23,468 bases of DNA from Candidatus Iainarchaeum sp. (GTDB taxonomy: Archaea; Iainarchaeota; Iainarchaeia; Iainarchaeales; DTGL01): NCBI GenBank assembly GCA_038736825.1, contig JAVYME010000020.1, positions 1 through 23,468 of the forward strand. Direction: 5' to 3'. Every line of letters begins with the position of its first letter. Position 1 is the first letter of the stretch. The notes under the pieces were generated by a model that was given only the letters and a program-made list of their open reading frames with translations, had not been told where the DNA came from and did no database searches. The translations under genes and the position numbers were made by a program. Below are positions 22,060-23,468 of the stretch, piece by piece.

Positions 22060-23468
22060 TCTTGTTCTTCCACTCCTCTTTGCTCTTGCATTCAGGGTGA
22101 ATGCACATTTTGAAAGAATAGCGTCCATTCTTTACAGAAATCATTGGGTGACCGCAATGCTCACACTCTTTCCCTGTTGCTGAAACAACACCCTTTTGTG
22201 GCAACGGAAAAGTGTTAGTGCACTTAGGGTATTCAGTGCACCCCAAAAACCGCTTGCCCGTCCTGCCAGTGCGAACCAAAAGCATTCCCTTGCAGCCCTC
22301 GCGAGTGCAAGGAAACTTGTGATTGTCCTCGCGAAGAGCAGAGCGCAATGCAATGCCAATCTCTTCCTTGTTCTTGAGCAGTTCTTTTAATGCTGACAAA
22401 AGCATGGCTCGAGAATCATCCACAACCTGTTTTTTTGTCTTTTTGCCTGCAGCTATCTCATCCATTTCTTTTTCAAGCTCTGAAGTCATTTTAGGCTTCA
22501 CTATCATGCCATCAAACCGTTCAAGTGAATCTATTACTGCAAAAGCAATCTTGTTAGGCTCTATTGCTTTTGAACCACTAATATAATGCCTTGAATACAG
22601 CTTTTGTATGGTTTCATGCCTTGTGGATTTTGTGCCAAGACCCAAATCAGCCATGGTTTTAATCAGCGTGCCCTGAGAATACCTTGCAGGCGGCTTTGTT
22701 TCCTTTGAAAGGAAATCCAGTGAAAGCAATTTCACTTTTTCGCCGGGCGAAAGACTTGGAAGCAAAACCTCGCTTGCCTTGCTATACGGATAAAATTTTT
22801 TCCAGCCCAACTCCAGATAACGCTGGCCTCTTGCCATATAGGGTTCGCCTGCAAGATCTATTTCGGCGCTAATGTTTTCCACCACAGCATCTTCGCTGAG
22901 AACTGCAAAAAACCTTCTTGACACAAGCTCGTAAATTTTCCATTCCTGGCTGGATAGTTTTTCTTTTGGAAAGTCCACTGGATGAATTGGGGGGTGATCC
23001 TTGGTTGGCTTGGCTCCACTGGAAGGAACAAGGCTTTTCTTTGCAAGAAGCTCTTCAGCATCCTTGTAAAATTCATCCACTCTCAAGAGCAACTCCAATA
23101 TTTTCCTAATGTTTATGCTTGGCGGGAAAACAGTGTTATCAGTGCGCGGATAGGAAATAAGACCGCGCTGGTAAAGGGTTTCAGCAATGGACATTGCACC
23201 TGCTGCCGAAAAACCTATTGCAGTGGCTGCCCTCAAAAAGGTTGTCGTGTTAAAGGGAAGAGGTTTTGAAATTTTCTTTTCAGATTTTGAAACAGACACA
23301 ATTGTTCCATAGTCTGCTTTTTTTGAGAAAGCCATTTCGGCTTTTTCTTTTTCCCAAAAACGGCCTTCTTTGTGAAATGCAATAAAGGTTTCCCCGTCCT
23401 TTTCAAAGGTTGCCTGCAATTCGTAATAAGGGACTGGCTTGAATGCAAGGATTTCCTTTTCACGGTCA
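22034..23468 (-). CDS. topA: Type IA DNA topoisomerase, C-terminal part (5' end runs off the window)
   Basis: The frame stays open upstream of the track's TTG at 19 codons from the window edge (23419) through to 23468: ...DREKEILAFKPVPYYELQATFEKDG.... The active-site region is LYQRGLISYPRTDNTVFP. Further motifs are YSQGTLIKTMADLGLGTKSTRHETIQKL and two C-terminal zinc ribbons (CTREGCKG...CTEYPKC; CEHCGHP...CIHPEC). Confidence 0.9.
   Translation of the reverse strand, partial: DREKEILAFKPVPYYELQATFEKDGETFIAFHKEGRFWEKEKAEMAFSKKADYGTIVSVSKSEKKISKPLPFNTTTFLRAATAIGFSAAGAMSIAETLYQRGLISYPRTDNTVFPPSINIRKILELLLRVDEFYKDAEELLAKKSLVPSSGAKPTKDHPPIHPVDFPKEKLSSQEWKIYELVSRRFFAVLSEDAVVENISAEIDLAGEPYMARGQRYLELGWKKFYPYSKASEVLLPSLSPGEKVKLLSLDFLSKETKPPARYSQGTLIKTMADLGLGTKSTRHETIQKLYSRHYISGSKAIEPNKIAFAVIDSLERFDGMIVKPKMTSELEKEMDEIAAGKKTKKQVVDDSRAMLLSALKELLKNKEEIGIALRSALREDNHKFPCTREGCKGMLLVRTGRTGKRFLGCTEYPKCTNTFPLPQKGVVSATGKECEHCGHPMISVKNGRYSFKMCIHPECKSKEEWKNKNAKKKKKE

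Noticed and set aside
22060-22128. 23-aa extension of the lipoprotein ORF (MDAILSKCAFTLNARAKRSGRTR)
   Set aside because: It would place the signal peptide internally and extend the overlap with topA to 95 nt. ATG 22059 gives a canonical n-h-c signal.
1-23468. Scan for tRNA/rRNA genes, CRISPR arrays, transposases/IS ends, integrases, toxin-antitoxin or known defence genes
   Set aside because: I saw no GTTCGAATC-type T-loops in a tRNA context, no regularly spaced direct repeats and no DDE, integrase or Cas-like ORFs. The PIN protein fits housekeeping Nob1 (PIN plus zinc ribbon) better than VapC.

Overview
AT-rich, very compact archaeal chromosomal segment. Gene ends overlap by 1-26 nt and most intergenic gaps are under 130 bp. 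The gene set is archaeal-type: two-subunit PheRS, RFC large subunit, Orc1/Cdc6, Nob1, Cdc48/VAT and a Ygr210-like GTPase. TATA-like boxes sit about 27-32 nt before start codons. Together this fits a small-genome (DPANN-like) archaeon, but that assignment is inference only. I support about 24 protein-coding genes: information-processing housekeeping genes interleaved with small membrane or secreted proteins of unknown function. I found no tRNA, rRNA, CRISPR array, transposase or recognisable defence genes. Items worth a second look: (1) a GC-rich, highly self-complementary island in the largest intergenic region (20941-21076), with two GGAGGG boxes and two CCCTCC boxes able to pair in alternative ways, flanked by an AT-rich inverted repeat; it is a candidate unclassified ncRNA or riboregulator. 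(2) An apparent operon of an Lrp-like regulator, a C-terminal-half-only NFACT/Rqc2 homologue and Cdc48. (3) A gene split at a T10 run that a -1 shift would restore. (4) Cdc48 has no in-frame ATG, and a T7 run lies at its 5' end. (5) A membrane-anchored coiled-coil protein with a transglutaminase-like Cys-His-Asp core. All family calls come from motif recognition in the supplied translations; no database search was run.
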